This document shows, piece after piece, positions 49,519 to 64,000 of a DNA stretch of 64,000 bases (positions within the stretch are counted from its first letter, which is position 1; each line of letters opens with the position of its first letter). The notes under the pieces are model-generated. The model worked only from the letters and a program-made list of their open reading frames with translations, was not told the origin of the DNA and did no database searches. The stretch is from Eledone cirrhosa (lineage: Eukaryota): assembly GCA_964016885.1 (NCBI GenBank), contig OZ024746.1, positions 46,190,001 through 46,254,000 of the forward strand, in the 5' to 3' direction. The position numbers were made by a program, and so were the translations under genes.

Positions 49519-50362
49519 TACTTCCAAAAATAAGTAGTTAGACAAGATGATGTATATCATAGACATAGCTATAAAGCCTGAGAGATGTACATTATCAATC
49601 GAGCAGTATTTCAGAGAATATACTATACCCCAATAGCTGCAAAGTTGACTGAAATAAAAGATAGTACTGGTAGTAGAATAACTGAGATACATTATAGGAC
49701 AATTCTATTCATCATATAGGAACTTACACCTCAGCTGATATAATTCTTTGACTAAGAGACTAGTTATTTAAGTAAACTAATTCAAAACCTGTAATTACTT
49801 ATATTAAAAAGATAAATTAATTTACCAATAACTATATTAATCAATTGGAGACGGTTGCTTCTGACAGGACCCACTGGAAGGCGTGTTTGAGGACTCTGCC
49901 CCCCCCCCCCCCAAACCCTCTTAGGAATAACTGAACTGGACAAAAATAATAATAATAACTATTGGCACAGTATTTAAATACTTCCACTACATAACTTGTT
50001 ATACAATTTGTCAAAACATAACAAATAAATATTCCTCAAACAACAAAGTTGTATCGCAGGCATTCATTCAATCTACTAACAAGTTGGCTAAATATTAAAT
50101 TTGGGTTATAAGGTGTTGAGTAACAAGCTGATTGAAAAGCAAGAAATTCAATGGTGAAAACTATTGCAGTCTAGTAGAACACATTTGTTAAATTTCGTTA
50201 ATTCCAAAATCATTAAGATTACATGAATCTTTAAATATTTATGAATAAATGAATTAAGGTCCAACAAAGTACTTTCGTAAAAAATTTATTCATGACCATA
50301 TCTGGAGTGAATCATCGCAGTTATCTATCTTTGAGCTAAAAATGGACTAAGGAATCATAATA

Positions 50363-50549
50363 TGAGAGTTGGCTGAAAGGTTCATAGGCTGACCAAGATA
50401 CTCTCACATGGGATTTATTTTGCAACATAGTCCCTTGAAAGAAACAATGCTGTTATTAATAAGAAGAGTTGAAATTAATGCATGCAAGATTTCATAACTC
50501 TAGTATCAATCCTTCACAGTCAGCCGATGAACTTTTCAATCGCTCCTCA
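50363..50549. mobile_element. mariner-like MITE
   Basis: TA-TGAGAGTTGGCTGAAAGGTTCATAGGCTGAC ... GTCAGCCGATGAACTTTTCAATCGCTCCTCA-TA imperfect TIRs. Confidence 0.7.
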
Positions 50550-52578
50550 TACTTATGTTTAAATATCTCTAAGTGTACTAGGCTTATTTATTTTCCAGAA
50601 TCCACTTCCAGAATGATATGGATATAGTCTAGAGGAGTAATCATTAACAATTAGATGAAAAAGTGAACTTTATATATTGCTCTCAGTTTGCCTCATGTAT
50701 ACGGTATCCTCATTATCATAATCATCATCATTTTGATCTCAACTTTCTCTGCTAGCAAAGATTGGATGGGTCTACATAGTTCAAGTCAGTATAGAAGACA
50801 GGCTACTAATCTCCCAGACAGGCCAGAGATTTGCATATCACTTACATAGTCTCATATTCTACTGAGTGCACAGGAGAGGTTGTCATCTCTTTGACACAAC
50901 TGAAGGGTCTTATACAATTTCATAATCTGCAAATGAAATCTATAAACATATATCATATAGCACTCAATCATGTCAAATCTTTACGTCTGTGTCCAATATT
51001 GCATACCATTCAAAAATTTATTTCTTATAAGAAAAAATTCACAGATTAAAGGAATTTCCATCAATAACAATAAAAAATGTTTGAAATACTATTAAACGTA
51101 GTTCTTAACATTGATATATAAAATACTTAGATATGCAAAACTACCTTGCAAACTACAATTGGTTCCTATATTTTCTATAATCGATCTATCTATCATCATC
51201 ATCAATCTCTTATATATACATATATATAATCATTTTATTTAGACTAAATACTGAGTACATTTTTCTCTCAGCTGTCATATATAAGGAGGTGCTAAAATAT
51301 CTGGAGTTATTATTTCACAATGAAATACTGTTTTTCTACATTCACTATATCATCATAAGTTTTATTTATGCATTGCCTTAAGAAGATTTGCAACAAATTT
51401 CTTTTATTTGAACTTTTTAATACATAAATATTCTCTACACATACACGCACGTCAACTGTTTTTCTCTGTGATTTAGTTATACTTTTTCTTTCAATTTGGA
51501 GTGAGCTGTGTAGATGTTGTCATTTTCGATGGTATAGTTAATGATGGTCATCCATTTGAGTAGGTAAACAGTTGCTGTAGAAATTCTATTTTAATTGTAG
51601 TAGCTATATTCACTTGAATACTTACACATATAATAAACTTCATGAATGTAGAAGTATCATATATATCTTAATCTTTTACCTGATGCTCCTGAATTAATCA
51701 GTGAAATGACAATAAAATTGATTAAACTGTCACCACGAGAGGCTTCCAACTAACCAATTGAATATGAATACTCAGAGCAACATGCTTCTCAGCTCTGTAT
51801 TATCATCAAAACAAGTGTTTAATAGTTTTATACATTCAAATATGTCTAGCTTGAGAGATGAGCTGGTATAGACATTTTTTTTTTTTACTATAGTTATTTT
51901 CCTAAATTATAAACACAAACAAGAATATATTAGTAAATATATAACAAATATAAATACAGAAACATGTTCTTAATGTTGATTAATAGATCTTCAGAATCCT
52001 AAACATTTTGAAGTTTTCATGTGAGTTATTATTGCTGTATTATGTAGCTATTTAAAAACAACAACAGCAATAACAATAAAATGATAAGTATGAAAATAAT
52101 TTAGCAAATATCATAATGGCTCTATTTTCAATTTCTCATGAATTATTTATATATTTCAGTTGAAAAATTATTTGTAGTAACATCAGCCTGAATGTCTTTA
52201 GTACCAAACAATATTTATATTCAGTCTCCTAATGGCTTTTATAATTAAAACAACAAATCATATAAATATAATATAAATAATAATTTCTTAATTAAACATG
52301 AATTTTTAGTAATACAATGAAGTGAAAATTTCTAAGAACTGTGCCATTCTTTAAAAAGTAATTAGTGCAATGAAGATATTCAAGAAGGAACCTATTGACT
52401 GAGCATGTCGCCTGCAACCAAGGTTGTAAATGAATAACAATTATAGTTTCTTACTAAAGAAGGTATTTAGTGTTAACTGTTTTACCCCAGGAAAATGATT
52501 ATTGCTTATTCTCTATTAACTCTAGATTCATACTATTATTCTGTTAATACACCCAATGACAAGAGGTGGTAACTAGAT

Positions 52579-52758
52579 AATTTTTTCTACTATTGGCACA
52601 AGGCCAGAAATTACCCAGTACGTTACTGGTACTTTATTTTATCGACCCCGTAAGGATGAAAGGCAAAGTTAACCTCGGCGGGATTTGAACTCAGAATAGC
52701 AAGGGCCGTATCTCTATGCATCAAAGCATGGCGTCCAACCCTCTACCGATACTGCCAA
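52579..52758 (-). mobile_element. tRNA-derived SINE (family A)
   Basis: Reverse match to 18763-18946. Confidence 0.88.
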
Positions 52759-52949
52759 TGTCTGTTAAATATTTATAGAATATATTATTTAAATTTCCAA
52801 GCATAAATGACTTCTGAAATGTAGATTTTATTGAGCTACATGAGTTACTAAAACATTTATCATACCTACCATGATTACCATTAAAAAATCTCTACATATT
52901 TACTCAACCTGTTGGAAATGGCTTCCAAATCTCCTTCAAACCACAATGT

Positions 52950-53570
52950 ATCATCATTGTTTTTATGTCTGATTTTTCACGCTAGCATGGGTTGGATGGG
53001 TCCTTTGCAGCACAGCATCTGCGCTCCTTCTTCATCTCCTCTGAGTTTCAGTGATTTGAGACCTGCTCTCACCACATCTGCCCAGGTCTTCTTTGGCCTT
53101 TGTCTACTGCAGCTTTCTTCCACTGGGATTTCTTGGCTCTTTTCCACCCAGTGGAGACCATCCATGTCCATACCAATGCAGTCTTCTCTATTGCACACTA
53201 CTTCTGATGATTCCTCTTATACTCAGTTGTTTTTTTCACAGTTCATCGAAGCTCTCTCACTCTCTGACATGAACACTGGACATCCATTGAAGCATGCTTG
53301 ATTTATTTCTCTCCAGCCTTCACATACCCTCTGCAGTCACTGCCCAGGTTTCAAAGCCTTGCAGCATAGCATTTTGCTCATAGGCAACGTACAGTCAGCC
53401 TTTCATTCAGAGTGAGAAATATTTTGTTATCAACAGAAGTAATAGTTTCCTAAACTTCTTCTATCCTGCCCTTGTTCTAGCTACTCTGCTTTCAGAGTAC
53501 CCTCTTCCACTGCTAATTGAATCACCTAGATAGCAGAAGTTATCAAGCACTTCTATGGATCCTACTTGGA
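52950..53570 (-). mobile_element. Decayed RTE-clade LINE 3' portion
   Basis: EVLDNFCYLGD (~53520-53550) and QRPKKTWADVVRAGL; tail remnant at ~52950. Confidence 0.75.
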
Positions 53571-54269
53571 AAAGATTTATATCAATTAACCCTGAACATC
53601 TTTTAAAAAAAAAAAGATACATTGACTAAATTAGTTTTATTACCAAAGGGTTATATTTAAAATTCAGTTTTTCAAGAACGTCTCTTGCAGTTGTCTCACT
53701 ATTTTTGGTGAGAAATATGCAGGTTAGGAGATTAAACAGTGGTACACTATTAAATAACTTAGTAAAATACAACCTAACTATAAACAGGAGTCACTGAAGT
53801 TATTAAACTGTTTTTGAAATCATTTTGTTATTAAAAACTGACAAGTGATTGAGTCTTGTTCCATGAATTATACTCAATTATTATCAAAGATCAGATGCGT
53901 ATTAGATCAATTCAACTAAGTTAAAGTCACTTGAGATGCAGAAACTGTTGTTGTTGAATGGATCACTAAGTAAACATATAATATTATACATGTATTGGCA
54001 TAGAAAAATAGAATTGTTTAGAGATTAGTTGACTCAGAAACACAATCTCCATGAAAAACTGTGGTGAAGTTAGTGTTTATATATCTAACACATCAAGCAT
54101 TAAAAGCCTAATAAGAATTATACAGGGACACTAGCTGCATGAAAAAATACTAGTTAAGTTAGGGTTGACATATTTAATGCAGTGTGCATTAAAAGATAAC
54201 TATAAAACACATGCAGTGCAATAAAAAGGCTATTAGTCAATAGCATACTTTTTCCATTGTTTGGCATGT

Positions 54270-54725
54270 AGAAGGTCAGAATTTGGTATTCATGCACACC
54301 CTTACCTAGAGTTATGAATCATGGGTAGTGACCAAAGGAACATGATCATGAATACAAGCAGCCAAAATGGGGTTCCTCTAGGGGTCTTTGGAGTAACATT
54401 ACTTAATAGAGTGCATAGCTCAGGGATTAGAAAGAAAGTAACGTCTGGTAGATCTGCTACTCTGAATTGAAAGATCACAGCTCTGATATTACGAGCATGT
54501 GGTTATAATGTCTCAGGAAAGAAATGCTGGATAGATTTTACAAGAAAAAACCAACTGGCAGGAAACCCAAAGGTAGACCTCAAGCAAAATTGTTGGATAA
54601 CATCCATAAGCCCAACTGGTTTGCTTGGGGATTTAGTCAGATCAATTGGAGATAGTTGCTTCTTACAGGACACTATCCCCATGACTCTTTCAGGAATAAG
54701 TGGGTGAAGAACAAGAAAAGAAGAA
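54270..54725 (+). mobile_element. Decayed RTE-like LINE 3' end (family of 48715-49070)
   Basis: IQAAKMGFL...IERSQL...GRPQAKLLDNIHK; shared 3' terminus. Confidence 0.65.
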
Positions 54726-57700
54726 GAGGCTTGAATGAAAATGAAACATCAAATGTTGCTTAAATCCAGGTGATCCATGAGTGACCAGATCAAAGTCACT
54801 CCAGGTATAATAATCCCATCTTCTATTAGCCATTTTATCACATTATTCAATTTACTCTTCTATTTTTTAAAGACATACTTTGATTTAAGAGAGAGATACC
54901 TGCTTATTTCTAGTAGTTAAAGTAACCACATAGAAATTGTCTCATATATGGAGGGGGTCTCCTGTACTTGCAGAAAAATACAAATAATATTAATTATTAT
55001 TGAATAATACTATTTTTTTTCCCCTATAACAGTTATTTCTAGTTTTACCGCTTCCTGCGTTAAATATGTTAACACTAATTTAACTATCGATTTTCATGCA
55101 GATGACATATCTGAATTATTTAATCTTTCAGCTATGTCAAATATTTAGAAATGAACTGCAGAAACCTAATAAAAAGTTATTTGTTAAATATGTGTACAAG
55201 AGCTATGACGTTAAAGTAATATTCTCTTAATTAGAAATTTGAATCCTATTTTAAACATTTCCTTCTTCTACTGAGTCAAAGAAAACCATACTTTTCGCCT
55301 TAGTTTACACTGTTGAAAATAGTTACATCCTTGATTTAATGATGCAAGAGCTTGTGAAAACAACGAAATACTTCCTTCAACAAGATATAGGGTATGGTTA
55401 AGACATTTGCTTTATAACCACATACTTCTGTTTGATTCTACTGCTTGGCACCTTAGGCGAGTTTCCTGTATCATGGTCTTGTATTAACCATTACCTTCTA
55501 AGTGAAATTTAAGAGATGGTAACTGTGCAGACAGCCATACTATTTATATAATGATTTCTGATTTAGGCACAAGGCCAACAGGGGATGGTCGATTAAATCA
55601 ACCCGTGTGTTACTGGTACTTTATTTTAATGACCCCATATGGTGGAAGGGAAAGCTAACCTTGATGTGATTTGAACTCAGAATGTATAATAATAAATGTG
55701 TTTATATCTGTTGTCAATGTATATTGGAAAAATCTATGAACAGCAATGAGAAAACGGTGTTTTATGAATGAAGTCCCTTGAGATGTTTATTTTGCATCAG
55801 GTGAGATACTCCCTTACTACTATCACCATCAAAAGTACAGTGAATCATTGACAAGTCTATTAATGATATAAAATAAAAATGAATAAATAACCTAACCCCC
55901 CTGCCCCCATATCAAATAAATGTAAAACTGCTTTGGAAAAGAATCCATCATCATAATCCTCATCTTCACCAACATCATTTCAAATTTGTCTTTCAAGGCT
56001 TGAATGGTTTGTCATGGTCATGAGCCCAGGCAGGTTAAATAACCAAGTTGTGCTTATACATTCCATATTTAAGCATGGTTTTTATGTCTTGATGCCCTCC
56101 TTAACCCCAAGCACTTAGCAGAGTGTATCAAGTGCATTTCGTTATGGCAGCAGTACTAGAAAAATCCTTAAGTTCTCAACAAGACCAATGAACCCTCCCC
56201 ACCAAATGCTGTCTCGGCACATTCGTCAATCACAATACAGTGAGTACATTGAATCATGCCACCTACACTAATAAAGATGCTCCATGTACTGCAGGTTAAA
56301 AGGATAAATCGCCTTCACTTCTCCATGCTTTCTCCTACCAAAAAAGCTAACTGTAATGTAGAGAGAAACTGTACAATGCTAGATATAAAAATAGTACATT
56401 ATGAAGTAACTTATTGAACTCTTCAAAAACAATTCTTTTGGCAGCATTAGAGAAGAGTAAAAAGAAATGTATAGATGCATTCAAAGAATTATTAATGATA
56501 AATTAGATGTGAGCTGTATGTGAAATATCTATGACAATGTATATTATGATTTAACACTATCTGGATGTAGATGTTTTTAATGGAGTACATCCTATTACAT
56601 GTGTTGTAACCAAGGATAACTTTTTTTTCCATCAGTTTTGGGTGTAAAAGATCACAGGTATTACTCAAGGGATGTTAAAAGTAATTTGTTCTTTGAAAGA
56701 TTTCAATATTTTCACTCTGTAATTCAACAAACTATTCAATGGTTTCCAGTTAGTTCAGTTAATTATAGTTAATCCATGTTGTTTCTTAGTTAGTTCAGTT
56801 AATCCATGTTGTTTCTTATTTATTTTGCTTTTATATAAATGGGACAGCAAAGATTTAGACTTTTGGCTAAAACAGAGAAAAGTGTGTCAATTATGGAATG
56901 TTACTCTAAATATCCCCAGGAGTATGATGGGTTCATAACGATAAATGCTTTGCTTCATTTTCCTGGTGTTAAATGAATTTCAGATATATCTCACATCTGG
57001 ATATATCAATATCTATTTCTAGAAGGTGTGATATCTGCTGCTAAAAAGTTGGTTAACATCTTAATATTTAATGAAATCCTGGAAGTAGAATTTAGTGAAG
57101 GAATACATACATGGATACTGTACGTTGTGAATAAAACTATGGTAACACCTCAAAATGTAAATAATTTGAACAAAAAAAGATATAGAAATTCTGTTCATAG
57201 TAAATAATGTATATCGTAATATATTTAGATGAAATGAAAAGGCTTCAGGTGAATAAAAATATTAGGTTATTTTGAAAAGAGTGAAGAATTTGGTAAGGAG
57301 AATAACTTTCAACTATTCAGAAATGAACTTTTAACATCCTGTAATGACTTAACGGGAAATACCTAAAAGTGTTTTTGTTGTTCCAAATATTTACAGGTGG
57401 AGAGATTTTTGTGAAAGCAGTAAACTAAAGTAAAAACTAACATTTTCATGTGATGTAGTCATAGTGTTATTTTGTACTTTGAAGAATGACTTGTTCATGT
57501 GATTTCATGTAGTATATGATGTTAAGAATTAATTAAATGAACTGGAGTTAGGTGGTGAAATATGTCGCAGTTAAAATCTATATAAGAAAACTTCACATGA
57601 ACTAAAACAAGAACTGTAAAATATAGAAGTGTTATAATAATTAGATTAGAAAATTAAATGTTGAAATGAAAATACAAATGAGATTATAATTAATACTGTC

Positions 57701-58109
57701 AGTAGTGTTAATGAGTCAACAGTAATTAGTCTCCTCACAATAAAATAACATTAACCAAAATGATACAAACAATTATAACTGACAAAAAGTTTTATCAACA
57801 CAATATTCTAAGCATCTATATGTTTTCTTAAAATATTATATCAAACTTAAACAAATGATATGCGAACAAATACAATGGTTCAGTGTTTGAACAATAACAT
57901 GGGTTGATTTGAAACTTATCAGCCTATATTTTTATGCTAAATACTGGTAAATGAAAGATTATATATATTTCTATATTTTTAACTGTTGGTCAATCAATGA
58001 TAAACATTGATTACCAGCTGAATTAATTATAGAAATATAGAGTATAAAAAATATAATGAAGCAAAAACCAACCCAACCCAAACAGTAAGTGTGTTTTATT
58101 ATATATTTC

Positions 58110-58277
58110 GGTGGATTGGCAGTATCAGTTGCGGGTCGGATGCCATGCTTTGCAACACAAAGTTACGGCCCTTTATGATGTGAGATCAAATCATCCTTAT
58201 GGGGTCGATAAAATAATGTACCAGACACACACTGGGGTTGATTTAATCGACTTTCCCCTCCTCCAAAATTGCTGGCC
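58110..58277 (+). mobile_element. tRNA-derived SINE (family A variant), 12-bp TSD
   Basis: ggtggattggcagtatc...tgctggccttgtgcct; TSD attatatatttc at 58098-58109 and 58278-58289. Confidence 0.85.
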
Positions 58278-58931
58278 TTGTGCCTATATAAGAAACCATT
58301 ATATATTTCTGGCAATATTATAACAACATGACCCTCCCCAATACTGGTAAATAGTTTCTAAAACAAATAATACAAAACCGCGCAAGACAAATGTGTACGT
58401 GTGCAAGCATATCCCCCCCTCCTCTGTCAGTGTGTATGTATTTAAAAGAATAGGATCTATAAAAATGCATTGAAAAGCATGTTCTCTAGCTTTTTAATGG
58501 TCACTGCATTAAATATGTTAACATATAGCTGGTGTCTGAATAATTTCACCAAATACTTTATTCCACACAATGCAACAATAGTGACCTATGATAAAATTAT
58601 ATATGTTTCTAAGCTTCATATAGAAAGTATTAGTCAAAGAGGAATTATTATAGGTAGATGGCGGGGGAGAGGATATTGTGTCAATGAAATACTGCAGTGA
58701 CCAATATATTGAAAGAGTTATTTAAGTTTAGGAATCTAATTCAACACAGGAAAGAGAAAATCTAATCAATAATATCTGTCCAAAGATGTCATCAATACCA
58801 AATGAATAATATGTTGATTCACTGAAAGAAAGAGACAGAACTTTAATCATATATAACAAGTGATATTCTGAATTAACCAGAATGTTGTAAAACTAAGTAA
58901 ATATTCAGTTTGGAATTTGACAAATGAAGTA

Positions 58932-59253
58932 CATTGAAACCTCGGTTCACAAACTTAATTTATTCCTGAAGTCCGTTTGTTACCCAAAATGTTCGTAAAC
59001 CATAACTATTTTGCCTATATGAAATGTTGAGAGAGAGACTGTGTGTGAAAGACAGAGATATCACCATAGTAACTAACTACACAGCAAGAGACACTTTCCC
59101 ACCAATACTCCAAGCTTGTTCTCAACCAGTGTTGCCGGCTTATGTGTTTGTTACTTGAGACACAATTCATGAACCGAGACATTTTGTTTGGAAAAATTAT
59201 TTGTGAACTAATTTGTTCATGATGAGGGGTGTTTGTGAACTGAGATTTGTCAG
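58932..59253. mobile_element. Tigger-like MITE
   Basis: TA-CATTGAAACCTCGGTTCACAAAC ... GTTTGTGAACTGAGATTTGTCAG-TA degenerate TIRs. Confidence 0.6.
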
Positions 59254-59282
59254 TATATTGTGAATTTTAGGATATATAATTC

Positions 59283-59890
59283 ATTAGCAAGTCAGTCAAA
59301 GATGACCTGAGTGAGGTACTAAGCCCTGTCCAGCTTGGAGTGGGAATCAAGTGTGAATGTCAGGCTGTGGCTCATGCAGCCAGACATTTCATAGAGTGCG
59401 TGCCACCTTTGTCACCCTACCTGCTTGTGAAGCTGGACATGACAAACGCCTTCAACAGTGATAGGCGGGATCACATCCTAGATGAGCCCCCTCCATTTAT
59501 CCAGTCACACCACTTACTCATGGCCACTGACAACAGAGTTACTTCCGCTATGGGTGTCTAGCAAGGAGACCCACTCAGCCCACTCTTCTTTGTGCTGGCA
59601 GTCAATGATGTTGCTCACTTGGTCCAGTCATCTCTCAACATTTGGTACCTCGACAACACAACCCTGGATGGCTCTGCTGAGACGGTAGCTGAGGACCTTG
59701 CTCAAATCATGCCGGCTCTAAAGCTCCTCAGACTTGAGCTCAATCTATCCAAGTCTGAAGTAACAAATGTTAGCTTCGGACAGGCTGAATTCCACAATGC
59801 TGTACTCAGCACCCATCCTGTCCTGTCCAGGGCTTGACTAATACCCAAAGATCCTGCATGCACTCTTGGCTCTCCTATTCTTTTGAAAGA
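59283..59890 (+). pseudogene. Reverse transcriptase fragment of a CRE/SLACS-like early-branching non-LTR element
   Basis: LSPVQLGVG...AVAHAARHF...VKLDMTNAFNSDRRD...GV*QGDPLSPLFF...NIWYLDNTTL...LELNLSKSE. Confidence 0.75.
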
Positions 59891-62800
59891 CGTAAGGGTT
59901 AAGACTGAATTTTAATTGCTGCAAAACTGGGATGGTGACGAAAATAAGGAAAATTTACCTTAAGGGATCCTCTTTGAAAGAAGGTGGGCATGGTTTAAGC
60001 AAAATGTTGAATAACAGATTTGTTTGTGATAGTTATTTTTTTATAGGGTTGTTTAATTCGATTTGATTTCATGCTTGTCTTTGATAAAGCAGTGTACCAA
60101 AAAGATACAACTTAAAAAAAATAAAAAATAGAAATAAAAATAGAGGAAAGGATTAAAAGAAAACCAGAGAAAGAAACAAAATATTTTCTACAGCTTGAAT
60201 TACATAGAAATTCTACAATAACTATTCCATAGTGTTTTATAATGTATTGATCAGGATCAATCATTGATGTTTGTGTTGATTCGAGAGTGTAGGACAACAC
60301 AGAACTATAATAAAATTAAAGGATGTAATACGAAAATACTCCTATCATTATTTGCATTTTAGTAGTATTCAAAGCGACAAACAAAACACAGATATTACTG
60401 CTGCTGTTTATAGAGAGGCTGTTGTTTAAAAACAAATATAAACATATCCCTTACACTGTTTATTTACCTCCAATCAAATAGAGTCATTTTAAAGAAATCC
60501 TGTTCAGGAATTAAAACTGTTCTTAAGATTTATAGGTGACAGGGGATTGTGTATTTATTAAGAAACTTATCTCAGATTCAACGCCATGATAATTGCATAA
60601 ATTCACATGTTACAATTTCAGTGGCAAAAAAGAGCAAAAGAAATTTCATTTACTACTTTACAGACAAAAAGTGATATCGCAATTTCCTATTCAAAAGATT
60701 CCTATAGAATATTAAGACAGGATTCTACTGTTAAAGAATACGTAAACATCGCTAAAATTTCAGGATAAATATTTTGACTTCCAAACTTACCAAGTCCTTG
60801 GTAATATATAAAACATTATGTAAAACATGCCTCCATGTAGTTACTTGATCAGTTAAAAATAGAGATATATTAAAGAAAAGCAAGATACATTAAATACTTT
60901 AATCAAAGCACCCAGTCCATCCTGTAAGGTGATCATGCTGGTGACATAAGAAAAAGCCCCCAGTCTACCCTATAAGGTGGTCATGCTGTTGACATGACAA
61001 AAATCACCCAGTCCACATTGTAATGTGGTTGGCATGAAGAAGGGCATCCAGCTGTAGAAACCAAGTCAAAATACATATCTGTATGAGTATGACGTGTTCT
61101 CTGGACCTGATTTGACTCATAACGTGACATCCTATCTAACCCATGCAAATGTAGAAAATGGACATTAAATGATGATGATGATGACGATACACAGTATATA
61201 TATATAGAAATCCTATTGTCTTTACAGATATATACAGTGAAATTGCATGCAAGTGTTTGTGAAATCATTTTTTAGAATCCAAACAAAAGCAAAGTTAGAG
61301 CAGACTATTCAATCAGATCAAAGACAAAAAAATGTCTAGTGCTGGTGTCATGATAAAATGCACCCAGTACACTCTGCAATGTAAAGAGCATTAAGATGTC
61401 ATTCAGCTGTTGACACCATGCTAAACATACAGAGGACCATTCAGTCAAATCAACTAAGAGACTTCTCTAATTCTGCTACCACAATAAAATGCACCTAGTA
61501 CACCACGCAAAGAGTTTTGATTTAAGAAGGGCATTCAACTTTAGAAACCATGTTAAAATAGAATGTATTTGAGGAACATAAATCTAGAAAGGCAGCAGCT
61601 TCAATGAAATACTGACTGCATCTGTAATAATCTATCCATGCCAGCATGGAAAAAAAGAAGACACAATCTGCAGCATTCAATGTGGCCTGATATCCCTGTG
61701 TCCCCCTACTTCCACTAGCACTCACTAACAGTTATTCTCAACATCACTACCCCACCACAAACACTCATACATAGCCACTGCCCTCTTAAAATTCTCTAGT
61801 CACTAGACACCCACGCTATCATACTCTGGAGGCCACTCTCCACACTCTTATACGAAAAAACGATGATGATGATGATGCACTGGACTTCCTCAAAGTGGGA
61901 TCAAACCCTAAAGGCATGATTGAGAAGCAAACTGCTTAACCACACAGCCTTTTGTGTGTGTGTGCATGCGTGCGTTTGAGCGACATTAATATTCCTTCAC
62001 ATTTATTATTGTTTTTTTCTGAAATACAGAACATACTTTTAGTCTCTTTCTAAGAAGAAGACCAGATATTTATTAGAAAAGTAGAACATTTAAACTGTCT
62101 TTTCCTAAGAGGGTAGAGAAGGAGATAAGAATCTATTCAATCAATGTAGACCAACAACTCTAAAATATTACTATCACCAGACAATTTATCTAACAGCTTC
62201 AATAAAGAGTGAACAATAACAGCTAAATCTATTTTACTTATAAATGAAAACTTCTCTTCATATACTCAATTAATGTTCCTACTTTCAATGGATTAACGAA
62301 AGGTGTTGCCAAAAGATATTTTTTTATCAATGAAGACAAATGTTCATTTCTGCAACAAAGTAGCTGTGATAATACATTTTCCTTGAGCATTATAAGTTAT
62401 TTATTTGTACATTATGATGCACAGCCATGATGAGGACTTATGGGAAAATAAAAGAAGAATGAAAAATCTTTTGATGAATATATTTTACTGATTTGCTATG
62501 CTCTTAGAACTTTTAATTTCAGAGAATAGTTCTTCATGTGTGAACTAGAAGTTGTATATTTCTTCTTCCTGGGAAGGTAGTAGGTAGTATGCAGAGAGTC
62601 CTGAGACACGCATTCCAGATGTGTATATACTTTTGGGGAACACCCTGTATATTTGGTGATGATATATATATTTTATAACACCAATACTACTACTTAGTGC
62701 ATATTATTGTGGCACCAGCAATAGAGAGCTTGTCATATGCTAGACTAGATATTGTCTCTGTTTGATTTTGATTGCCAAACTCTGAAGTCTCTGATCTCTC

Positions 62801-63489
62801 ATCACATTTAATTTTAGTGTCACAGCATTTGTGCTGCTGGACATGTTTGTGCATTATGGCATATTACCACTCAGCTTGGTAAGTAGGATAAAGATGCCTG
62901 CTATATTTACTGAAATAAAGAAATGAGAAATATAAAGCCTTGTCAAACAAATTTACAAAATTATGTTGCCATATCTAAAGCAATAATTTCATCCAGTAGC
63001 AGGATTATGTCTAAATAAAAAGGATTTTCTATAACATATATATGCATAACATTTAGATAAAACATTCTGGTTAGCTATGGATTGAAATTTTAACAAACTC
63101 TACGACATAATGTAATTGATTAAATCTCAAAGTAATGCTACTATCAATTTATTAATGCACTTATCAGAATATTTTACATCAGTTTTGGTGACAATTTCTA
63201 TGTAATTTTTCACTTGCAGATTTTGGAATTTTGCCAGTAAATATCATGAGAATATTTATTTCTGCCAATATAATTCCTACTGAATTTTCTCCCAAGATAT
63301 CACTTTAATTTCTTCTCTTGAAATCTTTGAGACTATAATTTACTAAAGTAAAGAATTTTACATTTGAGTCATGGATATTTTCCAACAACACTTATCTACA
63401 CTCCCGATTTAGCTTATCTTAGATATGGAGACCTTCCAATCCACTGCACCAAGATTTTGAATAACAGACAGCAGACATTGTCTAGTCTG

Positions 63490-63490
63490 T

Positions 63491-63527
<37 letters not shown>

Positions 63528-63563
63528 GGAGAGAATGACAGAATTAATGTTAATGTCTTAAAG

Positions 63564-63637
<74 letters not shown>

Positions 63638-63675
63638 TTTACTTTGTGTGAAGTGTTAATATATATATATATATT
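63490..63675. repeat. (CA)n/(TA)n/(TC)n microsatellite cluster
   Basis: Seen directly. Confidence 0.95.
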
Positions 63676-63687
63676 CATTTTATATAT

Positions 63688-64000
63688 ACATGGCTTAGTG
63701 GTTAGAGCCTTGCAATCGAAAGGTTGTAAGTTCAATTCTCAGACCGGGTGATGTGTTGTTTCCTTGAGCAAGACACTTTATTTCACATTGCTCCAGTTTA
63801 CTCAGCTGTAGAAATGAGATGATAGGGACTGGGGTCCCTATCATTCCACTGCAAAGTGGTTGTGGAGGTGCCACGGCAAAAAAAGCACCCAGTCCACACT
63901 GTAAAGTGGACGTGTAGGTGCCACAGAAAAAAAGCACCCAGCACTCACTGTAAATGAGGTTGGTGTTAGGAAGGGCATCCAGTTGTAGAAATCAAGCCAG
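63688..64000 (+). mobile_element. tRNA-derived SINE (family B), runs off the window end
   Basis: acatggcttagtggttagagc...ttaggaagggcatccag; highly similar to 25995-26359. Confidence 0.88.

Noticed and set aside
56748-56818. Short local tandem duplications (also ~26977-27024)
   Set aside because: Ordinary slippage duplications with no further structure.

Overview
This is AT-rich, repeat-dense eukaryotic genomic DNA; the SINE/LINE tails ending in (GAT)n and the (TA)n tracts suggest an octopus (inference from repeat appearance, not a database match). Only one host coding exon is well supported: 13617-14285 (-), resembling the ANF-receptor-type ectodomain of a receptor guanylyl cyclase. A few weaker exon candidates exist. 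The rest is intronic or intergenic and filled with two tRNA-derived SINE families, RTE-type LINE 3' ends, fragments of R4/Dong-, CRE-, Jockey- and Penelope-like retroelements, an internally deleted Ty3/Gypsy element and several DNA-transposon MITEs. The most notable signal is a set of type I hammerhead-ribozyme motifs with a minimal palindromic stem III (CCATGG or CCGCGG), a GUA cleavage triplet and an unusually long stem II. One (33401-33484, -) lies 3' of a Penelope-like GIY-YIG remnant. Two more lie in a non-coding 664-bp unit arranged as partial tandem plus inverted copy inside (TA)n (24401-25880), a retrozyme-like or non-autonomous Penelope-like element. All calls were made by eye; ribozyme activity is untested.
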